A stretch of DNA of 64,000 nt, from contig JAYQLI010000035.1 in the NCBI GenBank assembly GCA_038143065.1, positions 1,632,894 to 1,696,893 on the forward strand, read 5' to 3'. The notes under the pieces were generated by a model. The model saw only the letters and a list, made by a program, of their open reading frames with translations. It made no database searches and was not told the DNA's origin. The position numbers and the translations under genes are program-made. This document shows, piece by piece, positions 45,556 through 54,526 of the stretch. This DNA is from Rhodospirillales bacterium. GTDB lineage: Bacteria; Pseudomonadota; Alphaproteobacteria; Bin95. Position 1 is the first letter of the stretch. Each line of letters starts with the position of its first letter.

Positions 45556-46841
45556 CTGCCTCGCATTACTGAAAAAACTGCACCTCCAGGCGTTCCGTTC
45601 AATCTACCTTTCTATTACGGATGGGCCATCGTAGCGTGCGCCTTTGCAACAATGGCGGTCGGCGTAAATGCGCGCACGGCTTTCTCCCTTTTATATCCAG
45701 CTATCTTGGCGGAATTTAATTGGGCTCGCGGAGAAACAGCCGGAGCTTTCGCCTTAGGTTTTATTTTCGCTGCCGCAATGGGGCCCTTTACGGGCGCACT
45801 ACTGACACGCTTTGGGCCGCGCGTCGTCATGCCTCTTGGGTCAGTGATGATGGCGGCAGGCATCGCTTCAACGACGTGGATCTCTCAACCCTGGATGCTG
45901 TATCCAAGCTTTGGAATGCTGGTTGTCGGCGGCAGCACCATTCTGGGTTATATCGGCGACAGCGCTACACTGCCGCTGTGGTTTCAGAAAAGACGCGGCC
46001 TTGCCGTAGGAATAGCTTTTGCTGGTGTTGGCGTTGGCGCAATGGTCGTGCTGCCATTAACTTCTTGGATCATTCAGGGAAGTGGATGGCGAGATGCGTG
46101 CTGGGCCATTGCAGCTATAATTATTTTCTCTTAATTCCCCTCAACCTAATCGTACAGCGCCGAAGTCCCGAAGACCTGGGTCTCTTGCCAGATGGAGCAA
46201 ACTCGGAAGCAGTTAAACAAGGGGAAAAACCGAAACCATCCCCAGCGGGCCCTTCACTGCGCGACGCTCTCAAAATGCGAACATTTTGGTTCTTCGCCGC
46301 ATCGACCTTTGGAATGCTTTGGTGCTGGTATGCAGTCCAAGTACACCAAACGCAGTACCTTTTGGATAAAGGTTTTGATCCAGCAATTGCAACCTTGGCA
46401 CTCTCCCTTGTCAGTGTCTTTGGCGTAGCGGGCCAAATCAATGGCGGTTGGATGTCAGACAAATTAGGACGTGAAGGCGCGTGGACTATCGGCTTGCTAG
46501 GGTTTGCAGGCTGCTATGCCGCTTTATTTCTGATGAGCTCAAATACCTCCCCTCTAATTCTGTGGGGAATGGTAATCATGCAGGGCTTAATTGGTTATGG
46601 AGTGACCGCTATCTTTGCCAGCGCTCCAGCTGATGTCTTTCAGGGCAGGAGTTTCTCAACAATCTTTGGAACATTGAGTATTTTCTCATCCCTTGGCGGG
46701 GGAATTGGTCCTTACGTAACCGGTTTAATTTATGACCTAGATGGCGACTACTCTCGCGCATTCCTGATTTGCATTGGGTGGTGCGCCGTAAGCATCCTTA
46801 CAATGTGGCTCGCCGCACCAAGACGGTACAGACGCCGCTAG
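45556..46841 (+). CDS. MFS transporter; frameshift near 46125, start uncertain
   Basis: PFYYGW, EFNWARG, WFQKRRGLAVG, PEDLGLLPDG, GWMSDKLGR. Confidence 0.82.
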
Positions 46842-46846
46842 TACCT

Positions 46847-48043
46847 CTAAATCCCCGAGAGGCTTTTAATGGCATCAGCGCCGTAACCAAGGCCAGATAG
46901 AATTTCTTCATTATGTTGACCGGGTTGAGGTGGCGGTGAAGTTAAGCGGCCACCACCATGCTCAAGTCGAAAACCCGTACTCGCTAACGTCATTGGACCA
47001 AAACGCGTTTCAACAGTTTGCAGTATGTCACGATGCTGAAGCTGAGGATGTTTAACAATCTCATCGATCGTCCAAATCGATGCGCATGGCGCACCCCCAT
47101 CTGTTAAACGCTTTTCCCACCCGACAGCATCATCACGAGCTAGAACGGTTTCGATCTCCATCCTGAGAGCCTGCTCATTTGAAAGTCGATCATCCCAAGT
47201 CTTGAAGCGGGGATCCTCGTTGAGACGCTCTAATCCAAGTGTCTTTAATAGCGCTTCATATTGTCGGTCATTATTGACTGCAAGAAGCAACCAACCATGC
47301 TTTACGCGAAACAAGTTGGCTGTTGGACGACGGCTAACTGCCTGATTTCCCATTTGGCGCTGTTTGTGGCCAGCGACCGTATATTCCGCAACCGCTGGCG
47401 AAAGAAAAGCTAATGTAGCATCCAGCATTGCCACATCCACCATCTGACCTTTTCCAGTATGCGTACGCTGATAAAGAGCACTAGCTACTGCAAAAGCTGC
47501 CGTCATTCCGCCAATAGCATCACACACGGCAAAGCCTGCCCGCGTCGGCCCCATTTCCTCGTGGCCGGTCAAAGACATTATGCCACTCATTGCCTGGATC
47601 TTACCGTCATATGCGGCCGTCTGACTGTCAGGGCCGTTATGGCCAAAGCCGGAAACGGCGCAGTAGATAATCTTCGGATTGATTTGCTTAAGGGCATCAT
47701 AGCCCAAACCCAAACGATCCATCACGCCAGGTCTAAAATTCTCCATGACTACATCAGTTTCAGCAATAAGTTTTTGGCAAACCTCAATGGCTGTTGGATT
47801 TTTTAGATCGAGGGTCAAATTTCTTTTATTGGCATTAACGCAGGCCCACATCGGAGCCATACCCCTCTCCGCCCAATCCGGCGCAGGGGGCGAGAAACGC
47901 ATATCTTCACCGCCAGGTTTCTCGACTTTAATTACATCTGCACCCAGCAATGCAAGCTGATAACTTCCAAAGGGACCAGCAAATACTTGAGTGAAGTCTA
48001 GTATCTTGATCCCATCAAAGGGACGAGCACCTGGCGCCGTCAT
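46847..48043 (-). CDS. Family III (CaiB/BaiF) CoA-transferase
   Basis: GIKILDFTQVFAGP, LGADVIKVE, NANKR..LDLK, ENFRPGVM..LGLGY, SGFG, catalytic Asp region GFAVCDAIGG, PPQPGQH; ATGA overlap with the upstream selenoprotein. Confidence 0.93.
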   Translation of the reverse strand: MTAPGARPFDGIKILDFTQVFAGPFGSYQLALLGADVIKVEKPGGEDMRFSPPAPDWAERGMAPMWACVNANKRNLTLDLKNPTAIEVCQKLIAETDVVMENFRPGVMDRLGLGYDALKQINPKIIYCAVSGFGHNGPDSQTAAYDGKIQAMSGIMSLTGHEEMGPTRAGFAVCDAIGGMTAAFAVASALYQRTHTGKGQMVDVAMLDATLAFLSPAVAEYTVAGHKQRQMGNQAVSRRPTANLFRVKHGWLLLAVNNDRQYEALLKTLGLERLNEDPRFKTWDDRLSNEQALRMEIETVLARDDAVGWEKRLTDGGAPCASIWTIDEIVKHPQLQHRDILQTVETRFGPMTLASTGFRLEHGGGRLTSPPPQPGQHNEEILSGLGYGADAIKSLSGI

Positions 48044-48972
48044 GCAGCATCTCCTTCACGTTTTGCTTTTGCTATTTCCTTTCCCCTATCAAACTCCGCT
48101 TTCAAACGAATGATTTCCTTAGGAGAAAGCTTCTCCACGTTAGAATAATCCTCCTTCCAAGTAGGATTTTCAGACCAACGAATAGGGTTCTGCCAAGTGG
48201 TCATAGGACCAGGTGCATTAGCCAAAAGGTCGAGTGCATAACCAAGGGTTAAATACTGACTTTCCTGATCGTGCGGCCGTCCACTGGGGTTCCCGAGTGG
48301 AAAATCACTGAACAGAAAACGGGGAGCCCCAACGTATTCAACAATATCTTTCGCACAGCCCATAATGACTGTTGGTATTCCTGCTTGCTCTAAAGCTCGT
48401 GCAATCAGACACACGGTCTGATGGCAAACGGGTCAATTAGCAGCTAAGACGGCAACATCCGCCTTATCTTCTTGCGTCCGTCTAACGATTTCTTGGGCAT
48501 CTACCTCGATGGTAACACGGTGACTTCTGTTGGTCGGAGCTCCATGGAACCGAGGTGCCACCTCGCCAATGCGTCCCTCTTCTGCCATTCGCCTCAACAT
48601 AGGCAGCGGGAACCAAACTCCTGGGTCTTCCTGGCTGGTGTGTTTCCGATCTATACCGATGTGAGAAATTCTTAGATCGTGGTCTTCATCACTAGCGCCA
48701 GAGTAGACTTCATAGAATTTAGCCTTTGAGTTGTATGCACTCCACGGGCCCTGATCTCCAGCCTCGGGATTGTAAGGAGCGGCCGTTGTCACCAAAGTAA
48801 CGCGGCTTTCCTGCAAAGGCTTCTTTAGAGGAGAGAACGGGGCATCAGCATAGTGACCCCACTCATAAGGCTTCCCATAACCAAGAGTTACATAGTAGTC
48901 GCGGATCCGTTGCAAGTATCGGATCGGCTGGTCATCAGCTAGCGCAAAGCCGTAAGGGTTGTCATCAGACAT
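48040..48972 (-). CDS. Selenoprotein, glycine/sarcosine/betaine/D-proline reductase selenoprotein B (GrdB/PrdB)-like; Sec (TGA) at 48433-48435
   Basis: ORFs 48433-49188 and 48040-48414 are in one frame separated only by TGA, reading VAVLAAN-U-PVCHQTV (UxxC); PrdB-like features KPLQESRVTLVTTA, FPL..L..M..EG.IG, ARALE.AGIPTV, FP.G.P.G; ATG 48972 after GGAGG; SECIS-like hairpin follows; 310 aa, U180. Confidence 0.88.
48398..48432 (-). promoter_or_regulatory. Bacterial SECIS-like stem-loop directly 3' of the Sec UGA
   Basis: mRNA reads UGA CCCGUU UGC C AUCAGAC [CGUGU] GUCUGAU U GCA CG: perfect 7-bp upper stem, 5-nt G-containing loop beginning 17 nt after UGA, 3-bp lower stem. Confidence 0.78.
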
Positions 48973-49084
48973 TCCAACCTCCTCTCTTTTCATTTGAGAC
49001 CCTACAGCATGTAAAAGTAACTGGAAAAGTGTTTGCTGCTGTGCTTCGATTAAATTTATAACCTCAAAACTGGAGGAAAAGGCC

Positions 49085-49939
49085 ATGACATATCGGCATA
49101 TCGAAGCAACTCCGATCTCAGGTGCGCTCGGCGCTCTAATCACTCGCGCTGATCTCTCCCAACTAAATGACGATGTATTCCAGGACATTCATCAGGCATT
49201 TCTGGAATACCAGGTCATATTTTTTCGTGACCAAGATATCACGCCTGAGCAGCAAATTGACTTGGCACGACGCTTTGGGGAAATCCATCACCACCCCTAC
49301 ATGAAGGGTATGGACGAGTACCCTGACATCTTGGAAATCCTGAAGGAGCCAGGTGACAGTTATACCTTTGGAGCCGCTTGGCACTCAGACCAAATGTTCA
49401 ATCCTTCCCCCGCAAAAGCCACCATGCTTTATGCCAAGGAAACACCCTCAGTTGGCGGGGATACTATGTTCTCGAGCATGTACAAAGCCTATGACGGCCT
49501 GTCGGACGCAATGCGCGATATGCTTAAAACGGTTAAAACGTTCAACGTAGGCGATCGATTTAAAAACATGGGCGGAGGCGCCCGATCAGAGCGTTATGCA
49601 GGCAATCCAAAAATGGCGAATAAGGTTCGCGATCCTGGCAATCTGATTACGGAGTCTCATCACCCACTTTTTAGGACCCATCCCGAAACAGGACGTAAAG
49701 CTCTCTACATAGGCAGTCACACGCAAGGTCTAGAGGGAATGCGGAGTGAAGAAGCAGACCCTATCGTTGACTACCTTAGAACGCATTCAATTAGGCCAGA
49801 GTACTTATGTCGTTTCCAATGGAAACCCGGTTCTTTGGCGCTTTGGGACAATAGGTGCGTCCAACATTACGCGGTTCCCGACTACAATGAACGTCGGCGG
49901 ATGCACAGGATTACTATTGCAGGTGACGTACCAGTCTAG
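49085..49939 (+). CDS. TauD/TfdA family Fe(II)/2-oxoglutarate dioxygenase
   Basis: WHSD, GGDTMF, HPLFRTHPETGRKALY, WDNRCVQH, RRMHRITIAGD. Confidence 0.92.
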   Translation: MTYRHIEATPISGALGALITRADLSQLNDDVFQDIHQAFLEYQVIFFRDQDITPEQQIDLARRFGEIHHHPYMKGMDEYPDILEILKEPGDSYTFGAAWHSDQMFNPSPAKATMLYAKETPSVGGDTMFSSMYKAYDGLSDAMRDMLKTVKTFNVGDRFKNMGGGARSERYAGNPKMANKVRDPGNLITESHHPLFRTHPETGRKALYIGSHTQGLEGMRSEEADPIVDYLRTHSIRPEYLCRFQWKPGSLALWDNRCVQHYAVPDYNERRRMHRITIAGDVPV

Positions 49940-49944
49940 GGCTT

Positions 49945-51675
49945 TTAATTTCCTCTGAGAGCAGCCGTAGCTTTTGCATCTATTTTGCCATCAACATCTA
50001 CAACGACTTTGTAGTGGTCTAGCGCAGCCTCAACGGTAACTAGACCATTGGCTACGTCTCGAGATATAGCGGTGAGGTCACGAGCAGTTGCCTCACCAAG
50101 GCCTCCACCGCCAGGCATCTGCAGAACAAGTCGTTCGCCACTTGGAACAGTCTGTCGTCCCTTACCTTTCAGCACCTGCCCAGATTGCAAACCTATCGTG
50201 CCCACCGCTCCTGAGCCGCCACCATCCCTACCTCTTGGTGGATGAATCACCCGATCAAACATGCTGGAAATGGCAAAAGGCGCACCTTGCGCGTGCTCTA
50301 TTTCCATTATCTGACCAACTCCACCGCGATACTGGCCAGCTCCGCCTGAGTCTGGACGGTATTCCTTCTTCCAGAAAACCAAGGGGGCAATGGTCTCATT
50401 GACCTCTACAGGCGTATTACGCACACCAGACGGAAAGGCAGTTGCATCTAGGCCATCCTTTTCTGGCCTAGCCCCAGCTCCACCCGTATGAAAAACATTC
50501 ATCGCAAAAGGGCGGGCTTGGCCATAATCTCCATCAACAACACCGTGCCCCCCCATAAGAACAGGGTTCCAAAGACACGAAGTGCCCTCCGCAGGGCTCC
50601 TTTCTGGCGCTATCTGATGCAAACACCCCAATACAACATCCGGCAACATCTGCCCTGTCACATGACGGGCGGTAACAGCTGCGGGGTGAGGCGCATTCAA
50701 TATACATCCAGAGGGCGCCGTTATCTTTACTGCCTCCAGAGACCCCGCATTGTTAGGCACGCGGTTACCCACAACACAACGGACACCAAAGCTTGCATAG
50801 GCCTCAGTGTAGGTCATTGGCACGTTAATCCCATAGCCAGAGACAGGTGAAGTGCCGCTAAAATCTACCTCTATCGTATCATCTGTGATCGTCATTGTGG
50901 CAACGATATCAACATGTTTTTCGTAGCCATCTATACGCATAGAATTTTTGTAAACGCCTTTTGGCAACTTTGCGATTTCGTCCGCCATTCCCTTTCGGCT
51001 TGAAGTGATAATGTGTTCAGCGAGAGGCTCAATCGAGGCCATCTCAAACTCATCCATCATCGCAACTAGCCTGCGCGAGCCAACATCATTGCAGGCAACT
51101 AATGAGTAAAGATCTCCCTCGACTTCGACAGGATTTCTATTGTTGGCGGCTATAATATCGAGGACCGTGCGGTTCATACGACCACCCTCAGCCAGCCTCA
51201 TAATTGGGATGTTGATACCCTCTTCATAAACTTGTCGACCATCAGCACCAAAACCCCTGCCACCAATGTCTGCAACGTGCGTAGTACAGGCAAAGAGCGC
51301 CACAATTTCACCATTACGCCATGTGGGGGTTACGACTGTAAAATCATTCAGGTGCCCTGTGCCCAACCAAGGGTCATTGGTAAGGAAAACGTCACCTTCT
51401 GACATCGTCTCCAGAGGAAATTTTTCTATGAAGTGACGGACCGAAGCGGCCATAGCATTCACATGACCAGGCGTACCCGTGACAGCCTGAGCTAACATCC
51501 GCCCGCTCGGATCATAAACCCCAGCAGAGATGTCACCCGCTTCACGTGCGGAAGTTGAGAAAGCTGTTCGAATTAGCGTCTGCGCCTGTTCTTCAACAAC
51601 TGATAGAAGGCGGTTCCATTGGATCTGCATTCCAATACGGTCAAGAACATTAGTTTTAGAGTGAGAACCTGACAT
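49945..51675 (-). CDS. Hydantoinase B/5-oxoprolinase family protein
   Basis: LIRTAFS..ARE.GD, GTPGH, NDPW.GTGHLND, HVADIGG, YEEG..IP, PGGGG.G. Confidence 0.92.
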   Translation of the reverse strand: MSGSHSKTNVLDRIGMQIQWNRLLSVVEEQAQTLIRTAFSTSAREAGDISAGVYDPSGRMLAQAVTGTPGHVNAMAASVRHFIEKFPLETMSEGDVFLTNDPWLGTGHLNDFTVVTPTWRNGEIVALFACTTHVADIGGRGFGADGRQVYEEGINIPIMRLAEGGRMNRTVLDIIAANNRNPVEVEGDLYSLVACNDVGSRRLVAMMDEFEMASIEPLAEHIITSSRKGMADEIAKLPKGVYKNSMRIDGYEKHVDIVATMTITDDTIEVDFSGTSPVSGYGINVPMTYTEAYASFGVRCVVGNRVPNNAGSLEAVKITAPSGCILNAPHPAAVTARHVTGQMLPDVVLGCLHQIAPERSPAEGTSCLWNPVLMGGHGVVDGDYGQARPFAMNVFHTGGAGARPEKDGLDATAFPSGVRNTPVEVNETIAPLVFWKKEYRPDSGGAGQYRGGVGQIMEIEHAQGAPFAISSMFDRVIHPPRGRDGGGSGAVGTIGLQSGQVLKGKGRQTVPSGERLVLQMPGGGGLGEATARDLTAISRDVANGLVTVEAALDHYKVVVDVDGKIDAKATAALRGN

Positions 51676-53774
51676 TAATTCGTCTCCCCCTTGGCTGTCA
51701 TAACAATGTAATCACGCTCATCGATGTGAGCTTGAAAAGTTGAAGCAACGACAGTCGTTGTCTGAGGTTCAACAATGAGGGCGGGGCCAGAGATCCGAGA
51801 ACCAGGCTTCAACTCAAATCTATCGAAAAGACCAGCGGTCACAAATTCTTGCTGCGTCGCGTCGAACAGCTCCCTCGTCTGAGTTGGCGCCGTAAAATCA
51901 GCATCAAGGACCACCTCTTCCAAACTCTTCGAACTCGAAGACTTCCCAGTAGATACAGTCAAAGTCCAGCTAAGAATTTCTGGTTGCATTCCAGGAACAG
52001 TCTGTCCGTAAAGTGCGGTGTAGGCCTCATTAAAACTCTCAAGAAGATTTTGATTATCTTCTTGAACCAAAGGCCTATCTGGTAGCGGCACAGTAATCTC
52101 ATGCCCCTGACCCACATACCGCATGTAGGCGAGGCGCGTTTCTGTAAGTTTAGCTCCAACAGCTCCCGCCTCGACAACAGCCCTAGCCTCACGGCTCATA
52201 TCCTCTAAAAGTCGGTTAGCTCCATTCGCATCAAAACCATCGAGCCTCGTGTAACGGCTTCTAACTACTTCATATGAAATTGGTGCACGAAGAAAACCAA
52301 CGGCAGATCCCACACCCGCTCCACTCGGAACAATTACTCGATTAAGTCCGAGCTTTTCCGCAAGCCTTGAAGCGTGCAAAGGGGCCGCGCCTCCGAAGGC
52401 AATCATTGTCCGTTCAGCAATATCTTTGCCCCATTCAATCGCATGAACGCGCGCCGCATTAGCCATGTTTTCGTCGACGATTTCAGCAATAGCAAAGGCG
52501 GCTAAGGGTGTAGGCATGTTCAGCGGCCTACCAACTTCGGCATGGATAGCATCTCCCGCCTTTTCTGGAACCAAACGAACATTGCCACCAGCAAAGCGCT
52601 CAGGAGAAATTTTTCCCAAGGTGACATCGGCATCCGTTACAGATGGTTGTGTTCCTCCGAGGTCATAGCATGCCGGTCCAGGATGCGAGCCTGCACTTTC
52701 AGGTCCTACTTCAAGACGCCCCATGCCATCGACATGCGCCAAACTTCCTCCACCCGCACCAATCTCAACCATCTCAATGGCAGGAATGCGTACTGGCAAG
52801 CCACTACCTTTTAGATTTCGATAGGCACGTGCAACTTCAAAAGTACGCGTCGAAAGTGGCTGCCCATCGTCAATTAGACAGATCTTTGCTGTAGTTCCTC
52901 CCATGTCATAGGAAACAACACGGTCAAGACCAGCCTCACCAGCCACCTCTGCCGCAAGAATTGCTCCTCCAGCCGGACCCGACTCGACCAACCTGATTGG
53001 AAAACGAATTGCATTTTCTAACGTCGTCAAACCACCGCCCGACGTCATAAGCAAAAAGGGACAATCAAAACCCATGTCCCTTAATCGGGCATCTAGAGCG
53101 GTAAGATAGGCAGCCATTTTGGGCTGGACATATGCATTAGCGCAGGTTGTGGACTGACGCTCGTACTCACGGATCTCTGGACAAACTTCCGAGGAAATCG
53201 AGACAGGCAAATCGGGAAAGGCCGATTTAACAATTTCACGCACCCGTTCCTCATGAGCAGGGTTCGCGTAAGCGTGCAGTAAGCCGACGGCGAGTGCTTC
53301 GATGTGATACTTTTCAATTAATGGAAGAACTGCTCGGACGCTTTCCTCATCCAACTCAATTAATGGATCACCTGCCACATTCATCCGCTCTCGTACTGGC
53401 CAACGCAGCTCTCTCGGAGCCAGTGGCAAAGGACGATCAATCATGATGTCGTACTGCTCGAAACGGTTTTCTAGCGCCATTTCCACAGCATCACGGTGGC
53501 CTTGAGTAGTTAGGAGAGCAATTTTTGCACCTTTACGCTCAATAATGGCATTTGTGGCCAGTGTGGTTCCGTGGATTAGTAGGCCAACAGCACCAGGAGT
53601 GATATTCGCTTCAGCCAACGCCTTTGCAACGCCATCTAAAACGCCCTCCTCTGGGGCGGATGGAGTGGTTAGAACCTTGGCCGTTGTTTGATTACTGCCA
53701 TGCTGCAAGACCACATCAGTAAAAGTTCCACCTATATCAACTGCAAGACGGACGTCACTTTTAGCCGTTGCCAT
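51675..53774 (-). CDS. Hydantoinase A/5-oxoprolinase family ATP-dependent subunit
   Basis: VDIGGTFTD, HGTTLATN, ESGPAGG, DMGGTT, IGAGGGS, GP.SAG..PGPACY, AFGGA, MRYVGQG.E. Confidence 0.93.
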   Translation of the reverse strand: MATAKSDVRLAVDIGGTFTDVVLQHGSNQTTAKVLTTPSAPEEGVLDGVAKALAEANITPGAVGLLIHGTTLATNAIIERKGAKIALLTTQGHRDAVEMALENRFEQYDIMIDRPLPLAPRELRWPVRERMNVAGDPLIELDEESVRAVLPLIEKYHIEALAVGLLHAYANPAHEERVREIVKSAFPDLPVSISSEVCPEIREYERQSTTCANAYVQPKMAAYLTALDARLRDMGFDCPFLLMTSGGGLTTLENAIRFPIRLVESGPAGGAILAAEVAGEAGLDRVVSYDMGGTTAKICLIDDGQPLSTRTFEVARAYRNLKGSGLPVRIPAIEMVEIGAGGGSLAHVDGMGRLEVGPESAGSHPGPACYDLGGTQPSVTDADVTLGKISPERFAGGNVRLVPEKAGDAIHAEVGRPLNMPTPLAAFAIAEIVDENMANAARVHAIEWGKDIAERTMIAFGGAAPLHASRLAEKLGLNRVIVPSGAGVGSAVGFLRAPISYEVVRSRYTRLDGFDANGANRLLEDMSREARAVVEAGAVGAKLTETRLAYMRYVGQGHEITVPLPDRPLVQEDNQNLLESFNEAYTALYGQTVPGMQPEILSWTLTVSTGKSSSSKSLEEVVLDADFTAPTQTRELFDATQQEFVTAGLFDRFELKPGSRISGPALIVEPQTTTVVASTFQAHIDERDYIVMTAKGETN

Positions 53775-53864
53775 TCCGCACACCTTCCCTCAGAAGAAAT
53801 TCCGCGCCAGACTGTCGCCTGATGCGCATTGGAGCGCAAGTTTTTGTAGACGAAAAAGGTTAAC

Positions 53865-54515
53865 ATGAAATTTTTTCTGAACCTGGACACAAACATCCTT
53901 CACGATGACGAAGATCGCGTATTTGACCTCATGGCAAGACGATGGCGTCGAGCAGCACCTTCGGCCACCGGAGGAAAACAGATAAATGTCCAGGATGCAT
54001 GTCGATGGCTACAACGACAGGAAGCTCATACAATGCGAGCCCCTATTGCTGTTATTGGTCCTTCAGATACAAGTCCCAGCCAAATTGAAAAGGCGGAGGC
54101 TCTAGGGTCAGGAATTGCCAATCTTGGTCTAGCCCTTCTGTGCGATGGGCGTGCTGGTGTAGCAACCGCTGCAGCTAAAGGCGCAAAAGAAGCTGGCGGT
54201 TCCGTCTTGGGCATTTTTCCAGAAGCTGATTGGCGAGATGCCAATCCGTATGTAACTTTCAGCCTGGCAATTGGACCTGGCTCCGCACCCTACGCAGCGA
54301 TAGCAAATGCAAGCCTCTGTGTATTAGCTGTTGGCGGTGGGTACGACACCCTTTGCGGGATTGCGCACGCAAAGCACTTAGGCCGTAAAACATTCACTAT
54401 TGATGGTGCATCACAAGTAAAAGACTTTCCCGCAATTGATGGCATCGATGAAGCCCTCGATGCCATCTCCAATGTTGCATTAAATACGGACGGTGCAGAA
54501 CCTACTTGGCGCTAG
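53865..54515 (+). CDS. SLOG/LOG-superfamily (TIGR00725-like) Rossmann-fold protein with N-terminal extension
   Basis: IAVIG, AE.LG..IA..G, GV..AAAKGAKEAGG..LGI.P, AVGGGY.TL. Confidence 0.72.
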   Translation: MKFFLNLDTNILHDDEDRVFDLMARRWRRAAPSATGGKQINVQDACRWLQRQEAHTMRAPIAVIGPSDTSPSQIEKAEALGSGIANLGLALLCDGRAGVATAAAKGAKEAGGSVLGIFPEADWRDANPYVTFSLAIGPGSAPYAAIANASLCVLAVGGGYDTLCGIAHAKHLGRKTFTIDGASQVKDFPAIDGIDEALDAISNVALNTDGAEPTWR

Positions 54516-54526
54516 GCTAGAAGCGA

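Noticed and set aside
48973-49188. N-terminal 72 codons of ORF 48433-49188
   Set aside because: Overlaps the divergent tauD start; a strong RBS precedes ATG 48972, the better start
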